From Candidatus Limnocylindrales bacterium (GTDB lineage: Bacteria > Chloroflexota > Limnocylindria > Limnocylindrales > CSP1-4), in assembly GCA_038245515.1 (NCBI GenBank), contig JBBRSJ010000009.1, forward strand, positions 624 to 64,623: a stretch of 64,000 nt of DNA, read 5' to 3'. Each line of letters starts with the position of its first letter. Positions within the stretch are counted from its first letter, which is position 1. A model generated the notes under the pieces. The model did not search any database and had not been told where the DNA came from. It saw nothing but the letters and a program-made list of their open reading frames with translations. The position numbers were made by a program, and so were the translations under genes. Positions 8,633 through 16,001 of the stretch are shown here, one piece after another.

Positions 8633-9049
8633 ATGAGGGCCGGTTCTTATCGCCCGTTCCTCGATGGCCTTCGCGCCCTCGCGGTTGCCGCAGTCATCGT
8701 CTATCACCTGAATGCGGCATGGCTGCCGGGCGGGTATCTCGGCGTCGACATCTTCTTTGTCCTCAGTGGCTACCTGATTACCGGCCTGCTTCTCGCCGAG
8801 CACCAGGACAGGGGACGGATCGATTTGCCAGCCCCCTGGCCGGCCGATCTGGCGGCGTTCGACCGCGACATCCTCCCAAGCCTCGCCGAGGTCACCGCGG
8901 GAGCGATCGCGGCCGCGGCAGGGCTCTCAGTCGGATATTGCCGAAAGGTCAAGGCCGGAGCTGCCAGACCGCATCCGATGTGGTGGGAAGCGACGGGAGA
9001 GCTTGGCGACCTGCTAATCACGAGTCCCGCGGATCCGTTCCGAGGCTGA
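8633..9049 (+). pseudogene. Truncated, chimeric acyltransferase-3 (OafA-like) N-terminal fragment
   Basis: [20 protein letters not shown]...[22 protein letters not shown] matches only the first ~60 aa of membrane acyltransferase family 3. After RIDL the sequence becomes an unrelated soluble-looking tail. The ORF is 138 aa against the >350 aa expected. Confidence 0.6.
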
Positions 9050-9071
9050 ATAAGGTGCCCTGAGGTTCGAA

Positions 9072-9106
9072 GAGCCCCCAGTCTGGCGACACCAGGCCGG
9101 GGGCTC
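9072..9106. terminator. GC-rich hairpin (putative terminator)
   Basis: GAGCCCCC (9072-9079) pairs with GGGGGCTC (9099-9106). There is an inner CTGG/CCAG stem. The sequence that follows, ggttcactttgcc, is T-containing. Confidence 0.4.
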
Positions 9107-9629
9107 GGTTCACTTTGCCTGTCTTACGGAGTGACGGTGTAGTCCGTCAGGATGAACGACGCGCTGCCGGACGACACCCCGACGCCGTTGGCGAAGCCGC
9201 AGCCGGCGCCGAAAGGCGTATCGAGGGTGGCTGGTCCAGTCGAAACCTGACTGACCTTCGTCGAGAGTCATGACGGAGGACGCAGGCCCGGCCCGGACGC
9301 GATCGTACCCATCGATGCCTCTCGGCACAGGTGCCATTCGGCCCGTCGTCGACAGCGCACGCGCTGGCCCGGTGGATACGTGGGCGCACGGGTCCGGGCG
9401 AATGCGAGCGAATCGTTCGGCAGCTCCGCGCCGGGCGTCGCGCGAACGCGCGTCAAGGCAGCGACGGAGGCCGTGCCTGCACGCTTCCTCGGCGACCGCG
9501 CCGGAGGTCGGCGCGGCGCATCGTGATCGGAAGATCGTTTTGGGTGACGGGGCTATCCCACCCGGCTCGACACGGAGCCAAGGGCCGGTGCGAGGATGCA
9601 TCCATCGCGCCGCCAGTTTTGAACCGTCG

Positions 9630-9656
9630 AACTTCGAGCCCCGTCATTGAGGTAGG
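9630..9656 (+). repeat. Possible collapsed copy (F) of the palindromic repeat
   Basis: aacttcgag-cccc-gtcattga-ggtagg keeps the outer-arm, CCCC, loop and inner-arm signatures but lacks the middle ~15 nt. Confidence 0.3.
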
Positions 9657-9688
9657 AGTGCGAGATCCGCCCCTTTAGGAGGTTTCCG

Positions 9689-10054
9689 ATGCGGTTCAAG
9701 CGTTACGCCCTCATGCTGGCGGGTGCCGGCGCGCTCTTGCTCGCCCTCCCCGGCCCAATTGCGGCAAGCGGTGCGACCGTGATCATCCAGCGGGACGGCA
9801 GCGACTGTTCCATCGGCCGACATGACATCCCAGGCGTGCCGGTCGAGTTTTCGCTCCCGAGCTCAACGGTGGTGATCACGCCGACGGGTGCATTGAACGT
9901 CACCTGCACCGGACGCCTGCCCGACGGGTTCACGTTGGCGCAGACCTTCGAGGGCACCGTGACGTGTGAGGGTGACGTGGCGATCGTGCAGGGCCACATC
10001 GTGGCAACCAGGAGCGGCCAGGTCATGATTGCGTGCCACTTTCCGGCCCCCTAG
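9689..10054 (+). CDS. Small secreted protein of unknown function
   Basis: Strong RBS (AGGAGG 7 nt upstream of the ATG). Signal peptide MRFKRYALMLAGAGALLLALPGPIAASGA. Six Cys in the mature part. Confidence 0.65.
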   Translation: MRFKRYALMLAGAGALLLALPGPIAASGATVIIQRDGSDCSIGRHDIPGVPVEFSLPSSTVVITPTGALNVTCTGRLPDGFTLAQTFEGTVTCEGDVAIVQGHIVATRSGQVMIACHFPAP

Positions 10055-10089
10055 CGGTCGGGCTCGTCCCATGACAACCTGAAGCCCGA

Positions 10090-10641
10090 GTGCCGCATCC
10101 GGCCATCGTCGCGCAGGCGGCCCGAGGCGATCGGGACGCCTTCGACGTCCTCGTCGAGGGCTCGATCGATCGCCTCTACGCCGTCGCGCGCCTGATCGTC
10201 CGGGACATGGACCTTGCAGAAGACGCCGTCCAGGAAGCCCTCATACGGTCGTGGCAACGTCTTCCCAGTTTGCGCGACCCCGATCGCTTCGACGCCTGGA
10301 TCCATCGTCTGGTGGTCAACGCGGCCATCGATCAGTTCCGGGCCCGGCGAAGCTTCCAGGCATCGATTGCGGTGATCGCCATCGAGCCTGCCGCCGCCGA
10401 CGGTAGTGGCCACCTGGCCGACCGCGACCAGATCGGCCGCGCCTTCGGCCGATTGCGCGTCGAGCAACGAGCCGTCCTTGTCCTGCACCACTACCTCGGC
10501 CTGTCGACGGCAGAGCTGGCGGACGCGCTCGGTGTTCCGGCTGGCACTGCGAAGTCACGGCTTCACTACGCCACCGAGGCGATGCGCGCCGCGCTCGAGG
10601 CGGACGCGCGGACCGCGAAGGCCGAGTCGAGCCCGGCATGA
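10090..10641 (+). CDS. ECF sigma factor (paralog of 6686-7267)
   Basis: Region 2 (AEDAVQEALIRSWQRLPSLRDPDRFDAWIHRLVVNAAID) and region 4 (LSTAELADALGVPAGTAKSRLHYATEAM). Shares LRDP-R-DAW and KSRLHYA with the other sigma factor. Confidence 0.85.
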   Translation: MPHPAIVAQAARGDRDAFDVLVEGSIDRLYAVARLIVRDMDLAEDAVQEALIRSWQRLPSLRDPDRFDAWIHRLVVNAAIDQFRARRSFQASIAVIAIEPAAADGSGHLADRDQIGRAFGRLRVEQRAVLVLHHYLGLSTAELADALGVPAGTAKSRLHYATEAMRAALEADARTAKAESSPA

Positions 10642-11585
10642 CCAGGCCAGACGATCTCGACGCGCGGCTCGGCACATGGCTTGCCGACGAGGCGCCAGAG
10701 CATGCGCCGCGACGGCTGCGCGACGCGCTCGAGACCCGACTGGACGAGGTTCCCCAGCGGTCCCGCTGGCTGCCGGCTCGACCGTCGTGGCGCAGAGCGA
10801 CGTCACGCGCAGGAGCGCTCGCTCAGGTCGCGTTTGCCGTCGGAGTGCTCCTGATCATCCTGCTCGGCGTGGCCGGAGGCGGCTCCAGACCGGAACCATC
10901 CCTACCGCCGGCCCCATCTGGGGAGGCGTCGCCAACCCCGGGTTCCGCCGCCCCATCTCAGCGCCCAACACCGGTTGGGGCGTCGCTGGCGGCCGGCGCG
11001 GAGGCCTCGACCAAGCTGGATCCAAGGCTCCACTTCACTGTGCCGGGCGGCTGGACGAAGACCGCGGACGCGACCTCGGTGCTCGTCCTCGTGCCGCCCG
11101 ACGCCGGGCTCATGGTCCAACCGAACGACGGGACCCCGCTCTTCGACAACGTCGGTGTCTACATCGACCCCCTCGCCGGCCCGGCAGATGGCGGCCCCAC
11201 CCCCGAACGCGGGGTCGGGACCGACGCGAAGGCCCTGAGCACCTGGCTCGCGGCCCGGCCGCAGTTGATGACTACTCGCCCGGTGGCCGTGACCGTCGCA
11301 GGGCTCTCCGGCTACGCGATCGACATCTCGGTGTCGTCGTCGGCGGGGGCGCTGTGCGGCGTCCGGTGCGTCAACCTATTCAACCTCAAAGGCAATTCCG
11401 GGGTCCAGTTCGGGGTCTTCCAAGGCGAGCAGGTGCGCGTCAACATCCTGGACCGCTCTGGGGGCGGAACGATGCTCGCGGTCCTGGAGGATGTCGACGG
11501 CGTGGATGTCGCCTCCTTCCGGGCGCTTGCCCAGCAGGTGGTCGAATCGATGGCGTTGGAACCACGACCGAAGCCAAGCGGCTGA
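10638..11585 (+). CDS. Putative membrane-anchored anti-sigma factor
   Basis: ATGA overlap with the sigma stop. The N-terminus resembles that of the 5526-6689 protein. One TM helix (ALAQVAFAVGVLLIILLGVAGGG), then a ~230-aa extracytoplasmic domain. Confidence 0.65.
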   Translation: MTRPDDLDARLGTWLADEAPEHAPRRLRDALETRLDEVPQRSRWLPARPSWRRATSRAGALAQVAFAVGVLLIILLGVAGGGSRPEPSLPPAPSGEASPTPGSAAPSQRPTPVGASLAAGAEASTKLDPRLHFTVPGGWTKTADATSVLVLVPPDAGLMVQPNDGTPLFDNVGVYIDPLAGPADGGPTPERGVGTDAKALSTWLAARPQLMTTRPVAVTVAGLSGYAIDISVSSSAGALCGVRCVNLFNLKGNSGVQFGVFQGEQVRVNILDRSGGGTMLAVLEDVDGVDVASFRALAQQVVESMALEPRPKPSG

Positions 11586-11669
11586 GGTGGTGGCGCCGAT
11601 CGAGCCGAGGCTCCCGAAGCCGACGAGATAGCAGGTTCCAAGCCACGGAGTCCCAACTCCAAAGAGCCG

Positions 11670-11751
11670 GGCGGCAACTTCGGAGTTCTCTAACTACTAC
11701 CCCCGACTTCGATTGACGGGGTAGTAGGTAGGCGGGTCCGAAGTTGCCGCC
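11670..11751. repeat. Palindromic-repeat family, full copy D (82 nt)
   Basis: Left arm ggcggcaacttcggagttctctaactactacccc, loop cgacttcgattgac, right arm ggggtagtaggtaggcgggtccgaagttgccgcc. A 15-bp outer stem and a 10-bp inner stem surround a mostly mismatched 9-nt centre. It lies between convergent genes. Confidence 0.8.
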
Positions 11752-11767
11752 TCCTCGCGGCGGTCGC

Positions 11768-12880
11768 TTAGGCGGGCGCGAAGACCTCGGTTAGGAAAGT
11801 GGGGAGGAGCTTGGCGGCGGCCTGACTCGATCTCTCGATCAGTTGCCGCGCCTCGGACGTTCTCGTGGTCGCAGCCATCCACGCTGAACCAAGGTGTCGC
11901 TGGACGTCCATTGACGGAGTGGGAATTGGGATCTTCACGAGGGCTCCCCGCGTCAGTTTCGGGCGAGTCGAGCCCGAGAGATACGGGCGCAAATCCATCG
12001 TCCGGAGCATCCAAAGAAGCCACTCGTTGGTTACGGCCGTTCCTCTAAGCACATGTGCATGGTTGTTGACCCAGGACGGGCCCTTGACCAGATATCCGCA
12101 GCGTGTGTTGAACGGCCCGGCATCCTCCGCGAGTAGCAGCAGCTGCTCGTCGAACATCGGCTCGTCGATCCAACCAACCTGTCCTCCAGCGCCGTAATAG
12201 GGCACATCACCTTGACGGCTTGCTCGCTCGCTCAAGCTGACTGGGACCCGAGCCGAGTCGAGGATGTCCACTACCTCGCCAAGCGGGAGGTCGGGCCATT
12301 CCGTTCGTCGCGCCTCCGTCACCGCAGCGAGGACTGCCTTCGGCAGGCCCTGGCGTGAGGCAGACAGCCGATCGGACATTTCTTGCGTCTTCTTCGCCAT
12401 CGCTCCCAGCCAGGCGGCGCGGGCACGTTGGGTCGTCAGGTCCGGAACGGGGATCTCCAGGGCAAGAAACCGCGGCATCGAGAGGCGAACGCGGTTTGTC
12501 GTGCCCTCGCTGGCTCTAACGCATTGGTCCACGAACCAAGGAGACCGGCTCAGCCATCGGAGGAAGTCCAGGTCCAGCAATGACGCGTTGACATCGAATG
12601 CAGGAAAGTCGTTCGTGACGAGCAGGCCGTCGAGCTCCTTCGGCACGATGCCGCACGCGCCATGGCGTGCGTCGATCCTGCTAATCACGAATTGGCCTAC
12701 ATGGATTCGCTGTCGTCTGGCTCCAGCGATAGATCCTCCAGAAACTCGGCCGCGCTCAACGAGGCCTTTTCCCCACAGGCGAATAGTGAGGAGGCCGTAC
12801 TCTTGGTCAGGGTCGATCTGGACCCAGTCGGTCGACTGCGAGATGCAGTCCCCAAGCAGGCGTAGTTCGGAGCGCGTCAC
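11768..12880 (-). CDS. hsdS: Type I restriction-modification specificity subunit (HsdS), orphan
   Basis: Two target-recognition-like halves with conserved spacers (LGEVVDILDSARVPVS..., NNHAHVLR, RPKLTRGALVKIPIPTP). GTG start. No hsdM or hsdR in the window. Confidence 0.8.
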   Translation of the reverse strand: MTRSELRLLGDCISQSTDWVQIDPDQEYGLLTIRLWGKGLVERGRVSGGSIAGARRQRIHVGQFVISRIDARHGACGIVPKELDGLLVTNDFPAFDVNASLLDLDFLRWLSRSPWFVDQCVRASEGTTNRVRLSMPRFLALEIPVPDLTTQRARAAWLGAMAKKTQEMSDRLSASRQGLPKAVLAAVTEARRTEWPDLPLGEVVDILDSARVPVSLSERASRQGDVPYYGAGGQVGWIDEPMFDEQLLLLAEDAGPFNTRCGYLVKGPSWVNNHAHVLRGTAVTNEWLLWMLRTMDLRPYLSGSTRPKLTRGALVKIPIPTPSMDVQRHLGSAWMAATTRTSEARQLIERSSQAAAKLLPTFLTEVFAPA

Positions 12881-13233
12881 GCTGGCTGGCCGTCAAGAAG
12901 CGCTCCGATTTCACCGACAAGCTCCATGACTCGCTGCTCGCTCTCTGAAATTTCGGCGAGCAGCTCGACCGCGGACTTGAATGCGTCGACATCGAACGGG
13001 TCGAACTCAGACCACTCGCGGTTCACGACTCGGACAGCGCTGCCGGCGTCTTCGATGAGTGCCGCCGTTCGGTACCACTCTCCCTTCGTCGCTCCGACGA
13101 GGGCTAGGACGGCCGCGCGCTCTTGAGCGGGCTCGTGCTCCAGGACGCCGCCGACGGAGACAGGGCACGCGCTGCCGATCGGCGGACATCGCGTCGTACC
13201 CGGACTTCGGGGGGCGATGCACCCGTCACCAAG
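12877..13233 (-). pseudogene. 5'-truncated ORF translationally coupled to hsdS
   Basis: The frame is open from 13233 and ends in a GTGA overlap with the hsdS start. It reads ...VLEHEPAQERAAVLALVGATKGEWYRTAALIEDAGSAVRVVNREWSEFDPFDVDAFKSAVELLAEISESEQRVMELVGEIGALLDGQPA. The only canonical start is the GTG at 13026 (49 aa). Confidence 0.35.
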
Positions 13234-13248
13234 TCAAGAGGGACAACC

Positions 13249-13872
13249 ATGGCAAGACTATCGCTCCAGGGCCCTGTCGTCGCCGGAATGCTAGCGATCG
13301 CGCTATCGGTGCTGACGCCCACGCTTTCCGCTGCTGCGACGCCTCCAGCTGGCGCGGCCGTTGCCAATCGAGTCATGGCCGCGAGTGACCCTGCGGCCGC
13401 CTATTCCAAGCTATCCGCTGCCGAAAAGAGCGCCTACATCGCCGCGGTATCGGCAGTGACCATCGAAGCGGTGCCGCACGGGTCGCCCATCCCTGTCGCG
13501 ACAGTCCAAGGCTTTGCCGCGGCCAGCACGACATGCTGGACTTGGGAGTGGGAGGTCGACGGAAAGGCGACCTTTGGAGTTGTCGTATTCAGGTACTTCC
13601 AGGACATGGGCTGGTGCGCCAACGGCACCACGATCTCGAGCCTAACCTGGCACAACCGCAGGGGAGAGGTGGATTTCGTTGGCTGGAACTTCAGCCAGGT
13701 TCCGGCCGATTGGACGACCTCCGGTGGAGTCGGGCACTCGACATGGAGATCCTTCACGCAGGCGACCTTCTCTTGGTGCCTCCCGGTGTGCGCCCAGTAC
13801 CGATATCCGTGGCTGGATATGACCGCGCACGCCAACGGGACCGGCACTGGCTCCGTAGGCGGCGCTAACTAG
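13249..13872 (+). CDS. Secreted Trp-rich protein of unknown function
   Basis: The internal ATG at 13249 gives MARLSLQGPVVAGMLAIALSVLTPTLSAAA, a signal peptide. A GAGGGA RBS lies upstream. The mature part is rich in Trp and Cys. Confidence 0.6.
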   Translation: MARLSLQGPVVAGMLAIALSVLTPTLSAAATPPAGAAVANRVMAASDPAAAYSKLSAAEKSAYIAAVSAVTIEAVPHGSPIPVATVQGFAAASTTCWTWEWEVDGKATFGVVVFRYFQDMGWCANGTTISSLTWHNRRGEVDFVGWNFSQVPADWTTSGGVGHSTWRSFTQATFSWCLPVCAQYRYPWLDMTAHANGTGTGSVGGAN

Positions 13873-13880
13873 CAGCCTGG

Positions 13881-13913
13881 ACAGTGAGAGCCGGACCGGC
13901 TGGCTCTCACTGT
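13881..13913 (+). terminator. Perfect 12-bp hairpin after the 13249-13872 gene
   Basis: ACAGTGAGAGCC (13881-13892) pairs with GGCTCTCACTGT (13902-13913). Begins 9 nt after the stop codon. No clear U-tract. Confidence 0.5.
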
Positions 13914-14083
13914 CGGCACCCCGTAGGCTTGTCAGGCCGTAACGGGCGTCGGATGATTCCTTCCTCGACGGGGTCACCCGCGATGCGCGGCTGATAGACC
14001 AGGCCGCGCGCGGACCGAGGGCACGTGTGCCGTACGATTTCGGATCGACCGGCGTAGACGAGGTTTCTGGAGGCAGGACCCCT

Positions 14084-14170
14084 GTGGAGCTCATTGTCTT
14101 TGTTGTCATCATCGTGCTGTTTGCGCTCCTCATTCGCGCGGTCGTCGATCGATTCAAGCGGCGTGCGTGA
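14084..14170 (+). CDS. Candidate small hydrophobic peptide (28 aa; 47 aa from the alternative GTG at 14027)
   Basis: GGAGG lies 8 nt upstream of the GTG at 14084. Translation: (M)ELIVFVVIIVLFALLIRAVVDRFKRRA, one TM helix plus a basic tail. Below the size cutoff of the ORF track. Confidence 0.3.
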   Translation: MELIVFVVIIVLFALLIRAVVDRFKRRA

Positions 14171-14408
14171 CGTCGTCGTCTTTCGGGTCCAGCTGCCGTG
14201 GGCCTGACCGCGCCAATAGGTTCTTGGGCGCCTTCCACCGTGTATTCGTGAGCGCGCTTGCCGACCCAACCGTTCGTCGATCGAGGCGGCGTTCGGCGGC
14301 ACGACGGCGACGCCGCGTCATTGCGGAGCCGTTCGCTTGCGCGCTACCTTGTGGTTCGCTTCACAGAGCTTCCCCAATAGAACCTGTCGCAAGGAGGGTG
14401 TGAGCTAG

Positions 14409-15455
14409 ATGACCTTCCAGCCGCCGCCATTGCTCCCGCAGCCGAACGCGATCGACTTGGCGACCCGGGGAGCTTGGATCGGGATGAACTGTGATCGTGT
14501 CACCCAAGCGGCAGCCGTGAGTTTCAAGCTCGATCAGATTCGGCAGAACCCGAGTGATTTCGTTGGGAATCAGGCCCTGCTCGCCCAGGCAAAGCTCGAC
14601 GCCTCGCGCATCGGTTATGGTCCGGGAGCCAGCCTGACGTCCCAGATCGGCAATGTCGAACAAACGTGGCTCTCCGGCGGATACGCCAAGCCCTGGGATC
14701 AACTTGTGGGGTCCCTTTCCGCGGCGGCAGCGAAGCCCGTCGCCGGGATCCTCGCAACTGGCCAGCGCGATCAATGGAACCAGTTCACGTCCCTGTCCGC
14801 CAGCGTCCCAGGGGCAGCACCCCCGGTGGACTGGGACAAGCTAATGGGCGGCTTCACAGCGAGCCATCCGGCACCTGTTCCAACGTCGACGCCCTCTCTC
14901 GACCAGCTGCTGGCCGGCCAGACCGACGCAAATGCCTTCCAATCAATCCTGGACCTGCCTCTCCCGGGAAGCGGCCAGCAGGGCGCTCCTTCGTTCGACC
15001 TCTACCAGCCCTCGCAGGGCGCCATTCAGACCCTTCCGATGACGGTGTTTGGTGGAGGTGCGGGTAGGACAGACCCGGTTCAGCGTGCAATCGCGGTCGC
15101 TCGTCGCCAGATCGGCAAGCCGTATGTCTGGGGTGGTGATAACCCGAAGCAGGACGGAGGCCTGGATTGCTCGGGTCTGATCCAGTACAGCTTCGGGCAG
15201 GCCGGGGTCAAGCTCGGGCGAACCACATGGCAACAAGTCGCGGATGGGCGCCACGTACCCACCAACGGCATGCGCCCTGGTGACGCCCTCTACTTCGACG
15301 TGAACGGCGGCCCGCGCGATGCCAACCACACAGGCCTCTACATTGGAAATGGACAGATGATTGTTGCCCCCCATACAGGTGCACAAATCCAAATCCAGAC
15401 CGTTAACGACTACTGGAAGAGCCGGATCGTGGATGTCCGGCGGTTCGCAAACTAG
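14409..15455 (+). CDS. NlpC/P60-family peptidoglycan endopeptidase with unknown N-terminal domain
   Basis: The C-terminal IGKPYVWGGDNPKQDGGLDCSGLIQYSF...HTGLYIGNGQMIVAPHTG carries the Cys/His catalytic motifs. No N-terminal signal peptide. Confidence 0.85.
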   Translation: MTFQPPPLLPQPNAIDLATRGAWIGMNCDRVTQAAAVSFKLDQIRQNPSDFVGNQALLAQAKLDASRIGYGPGASLTSQIGNVEQTWLSGGYAKPWDQLVGSLSAAAAKPVAGILATGQRDQWNQFTSLSASVPGAAPPVDWDKLMGGFTASHPAPVPTSTPSLDQLLAGQTDANAFQSILDLPLPGSGQQGAPSFDLYQPSQGAIQTLPMTVFGGGAGRTDPVQRAIAVARRQIGKPYVWGGDNPKQDGGLDCSGLIQYSFGQAGVKLGRTTWQQVADGRHVPTNGMRPGDALYFDVNGGPRDANHTGLYIGNGQMIVAPHTGAQIQIQTVNDYWKSRIVDVRRFAN

Positions 15456-15496
15456 ACAGCAAAGATGAGGCATAGCCGTAGGGCTTCGACCGGGCA

Positions 15497-15543
15497 ACGG
15501 CAACTTCGGACCCGTCTACCTACTACCCCCGACTTCGATTGAC
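15497..15543 (+). repeat. Palindromic-repeat family, copy E (left arm plus loop)
   Basis: acggcaacttcggacccgtctacctactacccc + cgacttcgattgac. The arm matches the reverse complement of the right arm of copy D. Confidence 0.7.
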
Positions 15544-15567
15544 GAGGGTGGGGCTCATGCGTAGCAT
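15539..15567 (+). promoter_or_regulatory. Sigma70-like promoter upstream of sufU
   Basis: TTGACG (15539-15544, contributed by the repeat loop), 17-nt spacer, TAGCAT (15562-15567). Confidence 0.5.
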
Positions 15568-15568
15568 T

Positions 15569-15593
15569 AATCCCGACGAATTTCCTCGGGATT
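15569..15593. promoter_or_regulatory. Second copy of AATCCCGA-N9-TCGGGATT, candidate Rrf2 operator
   Basis: Arms at 15569-15576 and 15586-15593, directly after the -10 box. Arm sequence and spacing are identical to 1389-1413. Confidence 0.55.
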
Positions 15594-15623
15594 GCCCGAG
15601 CTCAGCGCCAGCACCGGACACCA

Positions 15624-16001
15624 ATGGACGACCTCTACCGCGACTACATCCTCGAGCACTATCGGCAGCCCCACAACTTCGGCGTGATCGACGAGCCGAC
15701 CGCCTCGTTCGAGGGCAGCAATCCGCTGTGCGGCGACCGGATCACGATGCAGCTCGGGATCCGCGACGGCGTCGTCGAGCGGATCGGGTTCACCGGCCGC
15801 GGCTGCGCGATCAGCCAGGCGTCCGCGTCGCTCCTGACCGATGAGATCAAAGGCAAGGCGGTGGCCGACGTCGCGGCCTTCCGGGCCGACGACCTGCTCG
15901 ACCTGCTCGGGATCGACATCAGCCCGGCCCGCCTGAAGTGCGCGATGCTCAGCCACGAGACGCTGCACAGGGCGCTCGGTGAAGTCGAGACGCCGGCATG
16001 A
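15624..16001 (+). CDS. sufU: SufU (NifU N-terminal-like) sulfur-transfer/scaffold protein
   Basis: YRQPHNFG, NPLCGD, GRGCAISQASAS and ARLKCAML. These are the three conserved Cys and the SufU-type insertion. Confidence 0.9.
   Translation: MDDLYRDYILEHYRQPHNFGVIDEPTASFEGSNPLCGDRITMQLGIRDGVVERIGFTGRGCAISQASASLLTDEIKGKAVADVAAFRADDLLDLLGIDISPARLKCAMLSHETLHRALGEVETPA

Noticed and set aside
9110-9678. The ORFs 9110-9601(-), 9270-9650(+) and 9331-9678(+) in the gap before the 9689 gene.
   Set aside because: All three translations are Arg-rich nonsense. A third minus-strand frame gives a protein-like C-terminal stretch (…GAGCGFANGVGVSSGSASFILTDYTVTP) but has no start codon. I treat the region as decayed or non-coding.
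11670-11751. Reading the palindromic repeats as integron attC sites, so that the block would be a cassette array.
   Set aside because: No intI integrase or attI site is present in the window. The outer ends (GGCGGCAAC / GTTGCCGCC) do not fit the RYYYAAC / GTTRRRY core sites. The genes between copies lie in both orientations and include multigene operons.
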